DNA from: Planctomycetota bacterium
GTDB taxonomy: Bacteria > Planctomycetota > Phycisphaerae > UBA1845 > PWPN01
Length of the DNA stretch: 64,000 nucleotides
Assembly (NCBI GenBank): GCA_029550525.1
Contig: JAKPHF010000046.1
Location: 97,476-161,475, forward strand
Reading direction: 5' to 3'
Made by a program: the position numbers and the translations under genes. Shown here piece by piece: positions 18,104 to 28,078 of this stretch. The notes beneath the pieces are model-generated. The model was not told the origin of the DNA, did not search any database, and worked only from the letters and a program-made list of their open reading frames with translations. The stretch's first letter is position 1, and each line of letters begins with the position of its first letter.

Positions 18104-20761
18104 CTAGCTTAGCCTCTCGCGGACCCAGGCGGAAGCAGCGGCGAGGGCATCGGGGATGCCTTCGGGCTTGTTGCCGCCGGCTTGGGCGAGGTTGGGCTTG
18201 CCGCCGCCGCGGCCGTCGATGGCCGGCACGATGTGCTTGATGAGATCGCCCGCCTTGACGCCCTTGGCGATCAGGTCGTCGGTCACCGCCGCGATGAGCA
18301 TGGGCTTGCCCTCGGCGACGACGCCCAGGCAGACGGCGGCCGATCCCGCCTGCGAGCGCAGCCAGTCGGCGGCCTCGCGAATCTGCTCGACGGGCACCTC
18401 GGGCAACTCGCCGACGATGATGGCGGCGCCGTTGACACGCTCAGCCTCTTCGAGCAATTTCTGCCGGACGCCCTTCACGTCTGCGGCCGCCCCCTTGGTC
18501 AACTGCTTGCGGAGCTTCTTGATCTCCTCCTGCATGGCGGCGATGCGAGCGGGCAACTGCTCGGGGCCGGTGTTCAGCAGGCCGGCCGCCTCCTTGGCTG
18601 TGCGTTCGAGCTGCTGCACGTGCTCGACGGCTCGCGGGCCGGTGACTGCGGTGACGCGGCGCACGCCCTTGGCGATGCCTTCCTCGGCCACGATCTTGAA
18701 GAACCCGATCTGGCCCGTACGCTCCAGGTGCGTGCCGCCGCAGAACTCAGCCGAGAACGAGTCAGGCCCGATGCTCACCACGCGCACGACGTCGCCGTAC
18801 TTCTCGCCGAAGAACGCCCGCACGCCCGGCAGCTTTCGAGCCTCGTCGATGGGCAGCTCGCGCGTGGAGACGTCGAGATCGGCGTAGATCTTTTCGTTGA
18901 CCAGCCGTTCGACGGCCGCGATCTCGTCGGCGGTCATCGGGGCGTTGTGATCGAAGTCGAACCGCAGCCGCTCGGGATCGACCACCGAACCGTGCTGCTT
19001 GACGTGCTCGCCCAGCACGGTCCGCAGGGCCCAGTGCAGCAAGTGGGTGGCGGTGTGGTTCTTGCGCGTCAGGTCGCGAACGGCGGCGACCTCGAGCTGG
19101 GCGGCCTGGCCGGCCTCGACCGTGCCGTCCGTCACCTGCCCGACGTGCAGGACGGTGTCGCCCAGCCGTTGCGTGGTCATCACCTCGAACACGCCCGTGC
19201 CCGTCCGGATCTGACCAGTGTCACCTATCTGCCCCCCCTGCTCGGCATAGAAGCACGTCTTGTCGAGCACCAGGGCGGTCTGGCCGTCGGCCTCGGTCAG
19301 CGAGCCGTTGCTGATGAAGGCGTTGCGGACCACCCAGCCGAGCACCCGGGCTTCGGCGGCGCGGCCGAGATACTTGGGCGAATCCTGCGTGGGAGGCAAC
19401 TCGCCTTCGACGGCCACCACCACGTGCTGCTTGGCGGCGGCGCGAGCCTTTTCCTTGGCCTCGGCCATCAGGTCGGCAAAGCCCGTCTCATCCACGCTCA
19501 TGCCGCGCTCGCCTGCCATCTGCACGGTCAGATCGATGGGGAAGCCGTACGTGTCGTAGAGCTTGAACGCGTCAGCGGCGGAGATGGTCTTGCCGCTCTT
19601 GGCGGCCTGCTCGAACAGGGCGATGCCGCGATCGAGCGTGCGGCCGAAGCTCTCCTCCTCCTCGCGGATGAGCTGCATGACGCGGTCCGCCGATCCCTTG
19701 AGCTCGGGGAAGACGTCACCCATGGTCTCGACGATGGTGGGCACGAGCTTGTGGATGAACGGCTGCGTCTGGCCCAACTGCTGCCGACCGAAGCGGGCGG
19801 CTCGCCGGAGCAGGCGGCGCAGGACGTAGCCGCGGCCATCGTTACTGGGTTTGGCCCCGTCGGTGATGGAGAACGTCAGCATGCGGACGTGATCAGCGAT
19901 CACCCGCATGGCGTTGTCCACGTGAGCATCAGGGCCGACGGCGCCGGTGTACGCATGTCCGGTCAGTTCGCCGATCTTGCCGAGCAGCGGCGCGAACACA
20001 TCGGTGTCGTAGTTGCTCTGCTTGCCCTGGAGCACGGCCACGATGCGCTCGAAGCCCATACCCGTGTCCACGTGCCGGGCGGGTAACGGCGTGAGCTTGC
20101 CCGATTCATCGCGGTTGAACTGGATGAAAACGAGATTCCAGATCTCCATGACCCGCGGGTCGCCGGCGTTGACCAGCTTGCCGCCGGACTTGTCCGGCGT
20201 CAGGTCGATATGGATCTCGCTGCACGGCCCGCATGGACCGGTCGCCCCCATCTCCCAAAAGTTGTCCTTCTTGCCGAAGCGCCGCACGTGCGCAGGGTCG
20301 ATGTCGGTGACCTCGGTCCAGAGCTTCGCCGCCTCTTCGTCGGCGTCCAGGCCTTCATGTTCGTCGCCGGCGAACACGGTCGCGTAGAGCCGATCCTTGG
20401 GCAGGCCCCACACCTGCGTCAGGAGTTCCCACGCCCAGGCGATGGCTTCCTTCTTGAAGTAATCGCCGAACGACCAGTTGCCGAGCATCTCGAAGAACGT
20501 GTGGTGGTACGTGTCACGGCCCACTTCCTCGAGGTCGTTGTGCTTGCCCGAGACGCGGATACACTTTTGGGTGTCGACCGCACGACGGTATGGCCGGCTG
20601 CCCGTCCCCAGGAACACGTCCTTGAACTGGTTCATGCCGGCGTTGGTGAACATGAGCGTGGGATCGTCCACGGGTACGACGGGCGCGGACGGCACGGCGG
20701 TGTGAGCCTTGCCCACGAAGAACTCGATGAACTCACGTCGGATCTGGTCAGAGGTTCGCAT
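18104..20761 (-). CDS. alaS: Alanine--tRNA ligase
   Basis: DPTLMFTNAGMNQFK, HHTFFEMLGNWSFGDYFK, DTGMGFER, editing motifs HTATH and EFCGGTH, C-Ala GGRGGG-like end. Confidence 0.98.
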   Translation of the reverse strand: MRTSDQIRREFIEFFVGKAHTAVPSAPVVPVDDPTLMFTNAGMNQFKDVFLGTGSRPYRRAVDTQKCIRVSGKHNDLEEVGRDTYHHTFFEMLGNWSFGDYFKKEAIAWAWELLTQVWGLPKDRLYATVFAGDEHEGLDADEEAAKLWTEVTDIDPAHVRRFGKKDNFWEMGATGPCGPCSEIHIDLTPDKSGGKLVNAGDPRVMEIWNLVFIQFNRDESGKLTPLPARHVDTGMGFERIVAVLQGKQSNYDTDVFAPLLGKIGELTGHAYTGAVGPDAHVDNAMRVIADHVRMLTFSITDGAKPSNDGRGYVLRRLLRRAARFGRQQLGQTQPFIHKLVPTIVETMGDVFPELKGSADRVMQLIREEEESFGRTLDRGIALFEQAAKSGKTISAADAFKLYDTYGFPIDLTVQMAGERGMSVDETGFADLMAEAKEKARAAAKQHVVVAVEGELPPTQDSPKYLGRAAEARVLGWVVRNAFISNGSLTEADGQTALVLDKTCFYAEQGGQIGDTGQIRTGTGVFEVMTTQRLGDTVLHVGQVTDGTVEAGQAAQLEVAAVRDLTRKNHTATHLLHWALRTVLGEHVKQHGSVVDPERLRFDFDHNAPMTADEIAAVERLVNEKIYADLDVSTRELPIDEARKLPGVRAFFGEKYGDVVRVVSIGPDSFSAEFCGGTHLERTGQIGFFKIVAEEGIAKGVRRVTAVTGPRAVEHVQQLERTAKEAAGLLNTGPEQLPARIAAMQEEIKKLRKQLTKGAAADVKGVRQKLLEEAERVNGAAIIVGELPEVPVEQIREAADWLRSQAGSAAVCLGVVAEGKPMLIAAVTDDLIAKGVKAGDLIKHIVPAIDGRGGGKPNLAQAGGNKPEGIPDALAAASAWVRERLS

Positions 20762-21330
20762 GTGTCTGGTCGTTCCTGTTGTTGTCCGCGCGGACAGCCT
20801 GCAAGGCCCGGCCGGCCCCGCCCAGCGCCAACCTCCCCCACGGGGGAAGGCATGTCGAGAACTGGTTATTGTAACGGACGGCGGCGGCCTGGGAAGTCTC
20901 CTGCCCGGCACGCGCCGGTCCCGGACCACCGACCCGCTGACGGTCGGCTACGGCCGACGATCACGTCAGGCCAGCTTGCCGACGACCGGCCAAGCCCGGG
21001 ACCCCGGTCCCCAAAGGCCTCTTATCCCCCGCGGACTTGCCGATCGCGCGGCGCCCCCGGCCGGCGACGGAAATCGAAGCGTCTCGCCCCTTCTGTTTCA
21101 TGGAGAGCCGCTTAGACAGGAACTCCAGATGCAACGCGGTTGGTGTCGTCGGTCGGGACGTCGGAGGACGCTGGCGCGGTTCACCGATGGGATCGGCACT
21201 GCCGCCGAGCTCGGGGCAGACCATCGTCTGCTCACAACCGAACGGGGCTGACGCTCCCGTCTCTTGACTGCGGCCCTCATGCGAGCAGGGAAGACGGTCT
21301 GCGGAGAGCTGTTCTCCGTGTCATCGGTGG

Positions 21331-22995
21331 TCACGGCTGCGGCCGCGAGGCCGCCGGCACGGGCTTGCCCGCGAGCAGAGCATCAAGCTGGCCCCGCACG
21401 AACTCCACTTTGTTGAACCCGATGTTGACCGCGGCAATCCGTGCATCCTTGCCGACGACGACGCAGGTGGGAAAACCATCCACCTGGAACATGCGGCCCA
21501 CGCCAAATCCGGTGTCGGCGGCAACTTCAAGGTGCGAGCCCAGGCTGGTCATCAACTGCGTGATCTCGGCCGCCGAGTATTCGCGCCGACCGCTGGGGTT
21601 CGTGGTCACCACGTTGACGAAGCGGATGCCCTTGTCCTGGTAGGCCGCGCGAATCTTCTCCAATTCCGGGATCTGCTTCTTGCAGAATCCGCAAGCGGGT
21701 GAGACGAAGTTGAGCACGGTGACCTTGCCCACGAGATCGGCACTGCCGATGGGCCGGCCGTCGAACGTGTCGAGCGAGAACGCCGGCGCGGGCTTGCCGA
21801 CCAGCAACTCGGCGGGACGAATCCGCGGCGTGGCCGGCTGGGTTTGAGCCGCCAAGTTGGCCGGCGCCGGATTCTGCCCCGGCGGCGGATAGATGCGAGC
21901 CTGGAGCGTGGGCAACTCCGAATCATCTGTCTCCACGGTCAGCACGCGGCCCTCGGCAGGAATGACCGCGCCGGCCGGAACATCGACCTGGATCCGGAAA
22001 GCCTTGCCCGGCGACCGAGCATCAACGGTGGTCTTGAACGTCGCATCATCGACGCTGGCCTGCTTCACATTGACCAGGCTGGCCCCATAGTTGTTGAGCC
22101 AGAACTGCAGCGAGCCCTGGTTCTGCCCGGGCATGCTACGCGGCGAAGGCGTGAACCGGGTAGCCGACGGGTACAGGTCGAGCCGGTGGGGCACGCGGCC
22201 GGAAGCCTGCACGCGAAGGATTTTTTCTTCCTCTATGTTGGTTTGAAGATTGGCCACGACGCCCAGAAAACCGGGCTTGTACGGTGTGACCGTGGTGAAA
22301 CTGAGCTCGAACACCTTGCCCGGTTCCTTCTCGGTCAGTCCCACCTTGAACTGTTCGGACGCCAGCGGCTGAAGCTCGAGCTTCAGCGGCGTGTCGGTAT
22401 TGTTGCGGATTCTCACCACTTGCGTGATGGGTTCGTTGGTGATGATCGTCCCGAACGAGGCGGCAGCCGGCTGAATGTCGATCCGCTTGCGGAACGTGCC
22501 GACCAGTTGGAGCGTCAGGTTGGGCGTAACCGGATCGTTCGAGGCGATGTTGATCTTCTTGGGAGCGATACGACCGTTGAGCCCCGTGGTCTTGAGCCCG
22601 AACAGGAACTGCCCGGACTGGCCCGGTTGAATGACTTTCGGATAATCGCCAACGGTCGTGCAACCACAATCCACACGGACGCTGCGGATTTCCAGCGGCG
22701 CGTTGCCACGGTTGTGGATCTCGAAGGTCTGCTGGACGTCGGAGCCGACCCACACGTCGCCGAAGTCGTGCTCGGTTTTCTCAACGTGGATGACAGGCGC
22801 AGGCCGGTCGGCCGCCGGTTGCGTCGCGGTAGGTTGACCGGCGGTGGATTGTGCGGCGGCCGACGGCACGTCGCCCGTCTGAGCCGTGCTCTGGGCGAAC
22901 GTCATGCTGGCCAAGGCAAGGCCGACCGATAGCCCGTAAGTGAAGACGGCCGGGAAACGCACGAATGCTCCTGATCCCTCGATGACCTGCCGCAT
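21331..22995 (-). CDS. Secreted DUF1573/Ig-like repeat protein with C-terminal TlpA-like thioredoxin
   Basis: Signal peptide, HDFG...F.I.N.GNAPL.I..V..DCGCT (DUF1573), further Ig-like beta domains, then PAFSL...NFVSPACGFCK...GFPT redoxin. Confidence 0.8.
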   Translation of the reverse strand: MRQVIEGSGAFVRFPAVFTYGLSVGLALASMTFAQSTAQTGDVPSAAAQSTAGQPTATQPAADRPAPVIHVEKTEHDFGDVWVGSDVQQTFEIHNRGNAPLEIRSVRVDCGCTTVGDYPKVIQPGQSGQFLFGLKTTGLNGRIAPKKINIASNDPVTPNLTLQLVGTFRKRIDIQPAAASFGTIITNEPITQVVRIRNNTDTPLKLELQPLASEQFKVGLTEKEPGKVFELSFTTVTPYKPGFLGVVANLQTNIEEEKILRVQASGRVPHRLDLYPSATRFTPSPRSMPGQNQGSLQFWLNNYGASLVNVKQASVDDATFKTTVDARSPGKAFRIQVDVPAGAVIPAEGRVLTVETDDSELPTLQARIYPPPGQNPAPANLAAQTQPATPRIRPAELLVGKPAPAFSLDTFDGRPIGSADLVGKVTVLNFVSPACGFCKKQIPELEKIRAAYQDKGIRFVNVVTTNPSGRREYSAAEITQLMTSLGSHLEVAADTGFGVGRMFQVDGFPTCVVVGKDARIAAVNIGFNKVEFVRGQLDALLAGKPVPAASRPQP

Positions 22996-23116
22996 ATGAA
23001 TCTCCTCGGGCCAGTGTGGGGAGCGCCCGGCAGTTCCGGGCGGAACGGACCATTATAAAGCTCCGCCAATCGTCCGTGAAACGTGCAATCTCCTCCAGAC
23101 TCGCCAGCCGCCGCCC

Positions 23117-23614
23117 TCACGAGGTGGCCGGCTGCCCCCCGGCAGAGGACGTTGACCCTTTTCCAAGGGCATCGTCCAGAAGTGCGACGATCTTCTCCTC
23201 GGCTTCGAGCATCGCCTGGCGGGTCCGCTCGCTGAGTATGTCGCCGAAATCCCAGTCGTATCCCCGAATGCCCACCAGCCAGGCCTCGGGCACATTGAGA
23301 TGCATGGCGGCGGTGAGTCCCAATAGCACGTCGGGCGGACAATGATGTGTGTCAAGACCGCCCGTTTGGGCGGGCAGCAGGCGCCCGAACGTCACATCCG
23401 CTCCGTCCTCGTGGGCGTGAGCGTCCACGAAGATGGCTAGCCGGCAGTGGTGCAGATCATCCACCAGTTCGGGACCGAGCTGGTGATACTCCTGCACGAC
23501 TACGTCCGATACGCCCGCGTAGCGCTCGGCCAGCCGTTCGGCCAGAACCAGCGCCGAGCCGTCGTCGCGACGTCCCATGTTGCCCCAGGCGATGATGCGA
23601 ATGGGTTGAGACAC
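23117..23614 (-). CDS. hoxW: [NiFe]-hydrogenase maturation protease
   Basis: WGNMGRRDDG, QLGPEL, IFVDA, DTHH. Directly follows the large subunit. GTG start estimated. Confidence 0.88.
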   Translation of the reverse strand: MSQPIRIIAWGNMGRRDDGSALVLAERLAERYAGVSDVVVQEYHQLGPELVDDLHHCRLAIFVDAHAHEDGADVTFGRLLPAQTGGLDTHHCPPDVLLGLTAAMHLNVPEAWLVGIRGYDWDFGDILSERTRQAMLEAEEKIVALLDDALGKGSTSSAGGQPATS

Positions 23615-23672
23615 GGTCGAAAGTCCCGGCGCGGGCAAATGGGTACAGGGCGGCGCGGCGAGAAACGCCCGA

Positions 23673-25100
23673 TCATCCCCGCGCGAGCACGTCGATGACG
23701 TTTCCCGACGCATCCAGCAGTTCGATCCGCAGCGGCATCTGGCCGATGGCGTGCGTGCTGCACGACAGACACGGATCGTAGCAACGGATGGCCGCCTCGA
23801 CCTTGTTGAGCATGGGCTCGGTCAGGTTGGCGCCGTCCACGTGGCGCAGCGCGACGTCCATGACGGCCTTGTTCATGGCGTAGTTGTTCTGACCGGAAGC
23901 GACGATGAGGTTGACCCGCTCGATCCCTCCGCTCTCGTCCACCATGTAATGATGGAAGAGCGTGCCCCGCGGCGCTTCGATCACGCCGATACCCTCGGGC
24001 AGAATCTGGTAGCTCTCGGCGATAAGGTCGTCGCCGCAAATGTCGGCGTGGTTGAGCAGTTGCTCGACGCGCTCGATGCCGAACAGGATCTCGACCAGCC
24101 GGGCGTAGTGGTAGTACATCGAGCCTTCGACTTTGCCGCCGCCGTTGAGTTGGCGGAAGGTCTCCAGTTCCCGGTTGGCCTCGGGCGTACCGGTGCTGTC
24201 GCACACATTGAGCCGAGCCAGCGGGCCCACGCGATACGAGCCCTCGGGATAGCCGAGCGGCCGATAGAACGGGAACTTCAGGTACGAGAAGTCCTCGGTG
24301 GCTTCGGCGATCAGCGACAGATAGCTGTTGGGATCGTACAGATCCTCGAGCAGTTCGCCGGACGGGCTCATCATCCGCAGCAAGCCGTCATAGTGCTCGA
24401 GCTTGCCCTCGGGAGTGACCAGGCCCATGTAGTTGGTAGGGAAGCTCGCGAATGTGTCCACGAACTCGCGGTTGGCCTCGTAGTAGCCGAGCAGCAATTT
24501 GATGCCGGCCCGCGTGATTTCCTTGGCTTCGGGCACGCCCTGAAGCAGCCGGTCGCGATCCTCGACCTTGAGAGAGCGGTTCATGCCGCCCGGCACGCAG
24601 ACGTCGGGATGGATCTTGCGCCCCCCCACCGCGGCGATGACTTCCTGGCCGAACTGCCGCAGCCGGATACCCTGCCGGGCAATCTCCGGGTTGGCCGAAA
24701 TCACGCCGAAAATATTGCGCTTCTCGGGCGGACAATCGAACCCCAGGAGCAAATCGGGCGACGACAGGTGGAAGAAGCTCAGGGCGTGCGACTGGATCAT
24801 CTGGCCCATGTGCATGAGCTCGCGCAGCATGCGGGCGGTCGGCGTGGGCTGCACGCCGCAGATGGCGTCCACCGCTTTGGCCGCGGCCAAGTGGTGGCTC
24901 ACCGGACAGATGCCGCAGATGCGCTCGGTGAGTGTCGGCATCTCCGAAAAATGCCGCCGCTCGCAGAACTTCTCGAAGCCCCGGAACTCCACCACGTGAA
25001 AGCGAGCCGCCGTTACCTTGCCGGACTCGTCCAGGTGCACGGTCACACGGCCATGCCCCTCGACGCGGGTAACGGGATCGATCTTGATTACGCGAGACAC
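23673..25100 (-). CDS. hoxH: [NiFe]-hydrogenase large subunit (group 3, HoxH/HydL type)
   Basis: TRVEGHG, L1 ERICGICPVSH, EAPRGTLFHHY, L2 RCYDPCLSCSTH, followed by a cleavable C-terminal tail. Confidence 0.95.
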   Translation of the reverse strand: MSRVIKIDPVTRVEGHGRVTVHLDESGKVTAARFHVVEFRGFEKFCERRHFSEMPTLTERICGICPVSHHLAAAKAVDAICGVQPTPTARMLRELMHMGQMIQSHALSFFHLSSPDLLLGFDCPPEKRNIFGVISANPEIARQGIRLRQFGQEVIAAVGGRKIHPDVCVPGGMNRSLKVEDRDRLLQGVPEAKEITRAGIKLLLGYYEANREFVDTFASFPTNYMGLVTPEGKLEHYDGLLRMMSPSGELLEDLYDPNSYLSLIAEATEDFSYLKFPFYRPLGYPEGSYRVGPLARLNVCDSTGTPEANRELETFRQLNGGGKVEGSMYYHYARLVEILFGIERVEQLLNHADICGDDLIAESYQILPEGIGVIEAPRGTLFHHYMVDESGGIERVNLIVASGQNNYAMNKAVMDVALRHVDGANLTEPMLNKVEAAIRCYDPCLSCSTHAIGQMPLRIELLDASGNVIDVLARG

Positions 25101-25124
25101 TCTAGCACCTCAACTCCGTTGAGC

Positions 25125-25220
25125 AATGCCGAAATCCGAATGACGAATGACGAAAAAGCTGTGAGCTATGAGCCGGAGGAAAAATTCGTCATTCGTCATT
25201 CTGGCTTCGTCATTCGGATC
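25125..25220. repeat. Inverted 7-mer repeat array (AATGACG)n ... (TTCGTCA)n between hydrogenase genes
   Basis: ATCCGAATGACGAATGACGAA ... TTCGTCATTCGTCATTC..TTCGTCATTCGGAT. The same family recurs at 44975 and 56371. Confidence 0.75.
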
Positions 25221-25766
25221 TTAGTCGTAAGCCAGCGCGACCTTCTTCTCCGCCGGCTGTCCGGTCAGCAGGCCCGAAACCGCAGCCCAAATCGCCTCGG
25301 GACTGGGCGGACACCCCGGAATCCACGCATCCACCTTCACGCATTCGTGGATGGGCAGCACTTTGGGCAGCAGCTTGGGCACTTCAACCGTCGGCACCTC
25401 GCCGAAGGCCGTGCTCTCCACTTCCACATACGCCCGCTCGAGCACTTCCTCATTGGAAAACTGGTTACGCAGCATGGGCACGCAACCGAAGCCCGCACAG
25501 TCGCCCAGCGAGACCAGGACCTTGGCCTTGGCCCGCAGGTGTTTGAGCACTTCGAGGTTCTCCTCGTTGGCCACGCTGCCTTCGACCAGCCCGATGTCGC
25601 ATTCCGGGATGTCCTTCACGTCGGCGATCGGCGAGGCGACCACGTCGGCGAGCCGAGCCAGGTCGATCAGCTTTTCATCCAGGTCAAGAAACGACATGTG
25701 GCAACCCGAGCAGCCGCACAGCCACACGGTTGCAATCCGTTTCCTGCCGGTGTTGTTCTCACTCAT
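25221..25766 (-). CDS. hoxY: [NiFe]-hydrogenase small subunit (HoxY/HydS type, single proximal cluster)
   Basis: WLCGCSGCHMS, VEGS, GDCA, IPGCPP. About 181 aa, no Tat leader. Confidence 0.93.
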   Translation of the reverse strand: MSENNTGRKRIATVWLCGCSGCHMSFLDLDEKLIDLARLADVVASPIADVKDIPECDIGLVEGSVANEENLEVLKHLRAKAKVLVSLGDCAGFGCVPMLRNQFSNEEVLERAYVEVESTAFGEVPTVEVPKLLPKVLPIHECVKVDAWIPGCPPSPEAIWAAVSGLLTGQPAEKKVALAYD

Positions 25767-25782
25767 CTCGCATCTCCACAGG

Positions 25783-25895
25783 GCCGTGAGCCATGGGCTC
25801 AAGCTGTGTGCTATGAGCCGTGGGCTATGAGCCATTGCTCCGGCTCACCGCTGACAGCCGAAAGCTGACAGCCGAGAGCTGATAGCTGAGAGCTC
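25783..25895. repeat. 7-mer repeat arrays (GCTRTGA/GCCRTGR and GCTGANA types)
   Basis: GCTATGAGCCGTGGGCTATGAGCC and GCTGACAGCCGAAAGCTGACAGCCGAGAGCTGATAGCTGAGAGC. Similar arrays at 15551 and 45341. Confidence 0.7.
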
Positions 25896-25904
25896 TCACA
25901 CTTC

Positions 25905-28004
25905 TCATTCTTCCACCATCTTCTCGAGACCCGACAGGTCGATCGGCTTTTCCTTGGGCTGGCACGGGACCATATGGCCATCGGCCAGGTGGCGGATCGT
26001 CTCGGGAATGTCGGGAGCGGACCACCCACAGTAAGGTCCGCGCCAGGTCTTGGCCAGCGACTCGAAGAACGCCACCTCGTCCACGCAGTACGGCGCCGGA
26101 TCCATCAGCCGCGTGCTCTTCTGCACGCGACCCTCCAGGTTCACGAACGTGCCCTCCCGCTCGGCCCAACTGGCCGTCGGAATCACCACGTGGGCGATGT
26201 CCATGACGTCGTGCTCGCGAGCGATCATGGCCACCACGAAGCTCACCGTCCGCAGCCGCTCCATCCAGTCGCGTTCCCAGGTGGGCTCCTCGTCGCCGAG
26301 CACCACGAAGGCGACGTCGGCGCTCTGCGGCTCGAGCATCCGGATATCCACGCCAGCCGGGCCGAGCAGCCGTGCCCCGGCGCTGTTGGCGCCCATGGAC
26401 AGTTCCATCAGCCGCCACCGCCCGGTGGGTGTCTTCTGCCGGCACGCCTTGACCAGGTTCATGGCCGCGGTGATGCCGGCCGAGCCACGGCGGGTGATGC
26501 CCCGGCCGCAGAGGATCATCGGACTCTTCGCGTTAGCGTACAGCTCGGCCGCCCGGCGGATGTCGGCCGCGGGCACGCCCGCCTGCCGCGTGATCTCGTC
26601 GTCGTCCAGCGCCCGCAGCTTCTTCTCGAGCTCCGGCGGCAGCGTCAGCTTGGCCCGGCCCATCTCCCACAGGTACTTGAGCATGGCCGCCAGCACCACC
26701 GTGTCCTTGCCCCGCTCGATCTGCAGGCTGATGTCCGTCCAGTCGCTGAGCCACGTGTGCCGCGGGTTCACCTTGACCAGCTTGGCCTTGCGATGCAGCA
26801 CGCCCCGCCGCACGTACGAGGCGATCACGCCATGCGATCGCTCGAGGTTGCAGCCCAGCAACAGGAACATGTCCGACTCGTCGAGGTCATTCAGACCGGC
26901 CAGCGGAGCCAAGCGGTTGTCCAGGTCGAGGGCCTCCCGCACGCCGGCGGCATCGGCTCGGTCGACGATCGACCACCGAGGGCTGCCCACCACGCGAGTG
27001 ATGAAGCTCTGACAGGCCGCCAGCGTCTCCAGCGGCAGCCGCGGGCTGAACAGACCAATGACCCGCGACGGATCATGGTGAATGGGAGCGGTGCTCAGGC
27101 GATTCGCGCATTCGCGCACGACCTCGTTGAGCGAACGCTTGATCCACTGGGCGCCGCGGCGAGCCTTGATCTCATCGATTCTGCCTCGCTTGGGGTTAAC
27201 CAGGCCGAAACGGCCACGCTCGCAGAGCACGCAGTTGCCGTTGGGTCCGCCGGCCGACGTCACGCTGCCGATCTGGCGGTGCCGCACGGACGCGTTGATC
27301 CGGCATCCCACGCCGCAACTGGGGCAGATGGTCTCCGTCAGCTCCAGCGGCAGCCGGCCTTGCCAGTGGGCGCTACGCTTTTCGAACAGAGCCCCCGTCG
27401 GGCAAACCGTCACGCACGTGCCGCACGATACGCACGACGACTCGCCCAGCGGCACACCCTCGTCGGCGATGAGCAGCGTCGCTGAGCCGCGGTGATCGAG
27501 ATCCAGCACGTGCGCCCCCACCCACTGGTCGCACGCCCGGATACACCGCGTGCACAAAATGCAGCGGTTGTGGTCCAGCGCGATCCGCGGATGCGAGTTG
27601 TCCACCGGCAGTTGCGGGAAGAGGTAGTCGTACCGCACATGGTCCATGTGGTGCTCGTACGCCGCGGTCTGCAGCTCGCAATTGCCGCTCCGCGGGCAGA
27701 ACGGGCAGATGTGATTGCGCTCGCCGAAGATGAGCTCCAGCGTCTGGCGGCGCAAATCCTCCAGCAGCGGCGTGTGCGTGCGGATGACCATGTTGTTCTC
27801 GGCCGGCGTCGTGCAGGCCGGAACGGGCCGGCGCTGGCCCTGGATCTCCACGATGCACAAGCGGCACGCTCCGATGTCCTTGAGCCCATCGTAGTGACAG
27901 AGCGTGGGGACGTGGATGCCGTTCGCCCGGCAGACCTCCAGGATGGTGGGGCCGGACTCGAGCGTCAATTCCTGGCCGTTGATGGTAACGCGAATCTCGC
28001 TCAT
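25905..28004 (-). CDS. NuoG/HydA-like FeS subunit (long HoxU with a molybdopterin-oxidoreductase-like C-terminal domain)
   Basis: [2Fe-2S] PTLC..ACRLC..PAC, His-ligated HICPFCPRSGNC, CILCTRCIRAC, CVSCGTCVTVCP, extra CPSCGVGC..LCERG, and the C-terminal P.ASWAEREGTFVNLEGRVQ. 699 aa. Confidence 0.88.
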   Translation of the reverse strand: MSEIRVTINGQELTLESGPTILEVCRANGIHVPTLCHYDGLKDIGACRLCIVEIQGQRRPVPACTTPAENNMVIRTHTPLLEDLRRQTLELIFGERNHICPFCPRSGNCELQTAAYEHHMDHVRYDYLFPQLPVDNSHPRIALDHNRCILCTRCIRACDQWVGAHVLDLDHRGSATLLIADEGVPLGESSCVSCGTCVTVCPTGALFEKRSAHWQGRLPLELTETICPSCGVGCRINASVRHRQIGSVTSAGGPNGNCVLCERGRFGLVNPKRGRIDEIKARRGAQWIKRSLNEVVRECANRLSTAPIHHDPSRVIGLFSPRLPLETLAACQSFITRVVGSPRWSIVDRADAAGVREALDLDNRLAPLAGLNDLDESDMFLLLGCNLERSHGVIASYVRRGVLHRKAKLVKVNPRHTWLSDWTDISLQIERGKDTVVLAAMLKYLWEMGRAKLTLPPELEKKLRALDDDEITRQAGVPAADIRRAAELYANAKSPMILCGRGITRRGSAGITAAMNLVKACRQKTPTGRWRLMELSMGANSAGARLLGPAGVDIRMLEPQSADVAFVVLGDEEPTWERDWMERLRTVSFVVAMIAREHDVMDIAHVVIPTASWAEREGTFVNLEGRVQKSTRLMDPAPYCVDEVAFFESLAKTWRGPYCGWSAPDIPETIRHLADGHMVPCQPKEKPIDLSGLEKMVEE

Positions 28005-28078
28005 AACCTTGTCAGTGGCCGATCCGCCGTTTATCAGTCATAGGCGGAAACCGGCCACATCACTCCTTCCAGTCACAC

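Noticed and set aside
20762-21330. Small ORFs or a T-box upstream of alaS
   Set aside because: The ORFs lack RBS and motifs, and no T-box consensus was found. Left unexplained.
23673-23790. Selenocysteine ([NiFeSe]) large subunit
   Set aside because: The L2 motif is DPCLSC with ordinary Cys codons and no in-frame TGA.
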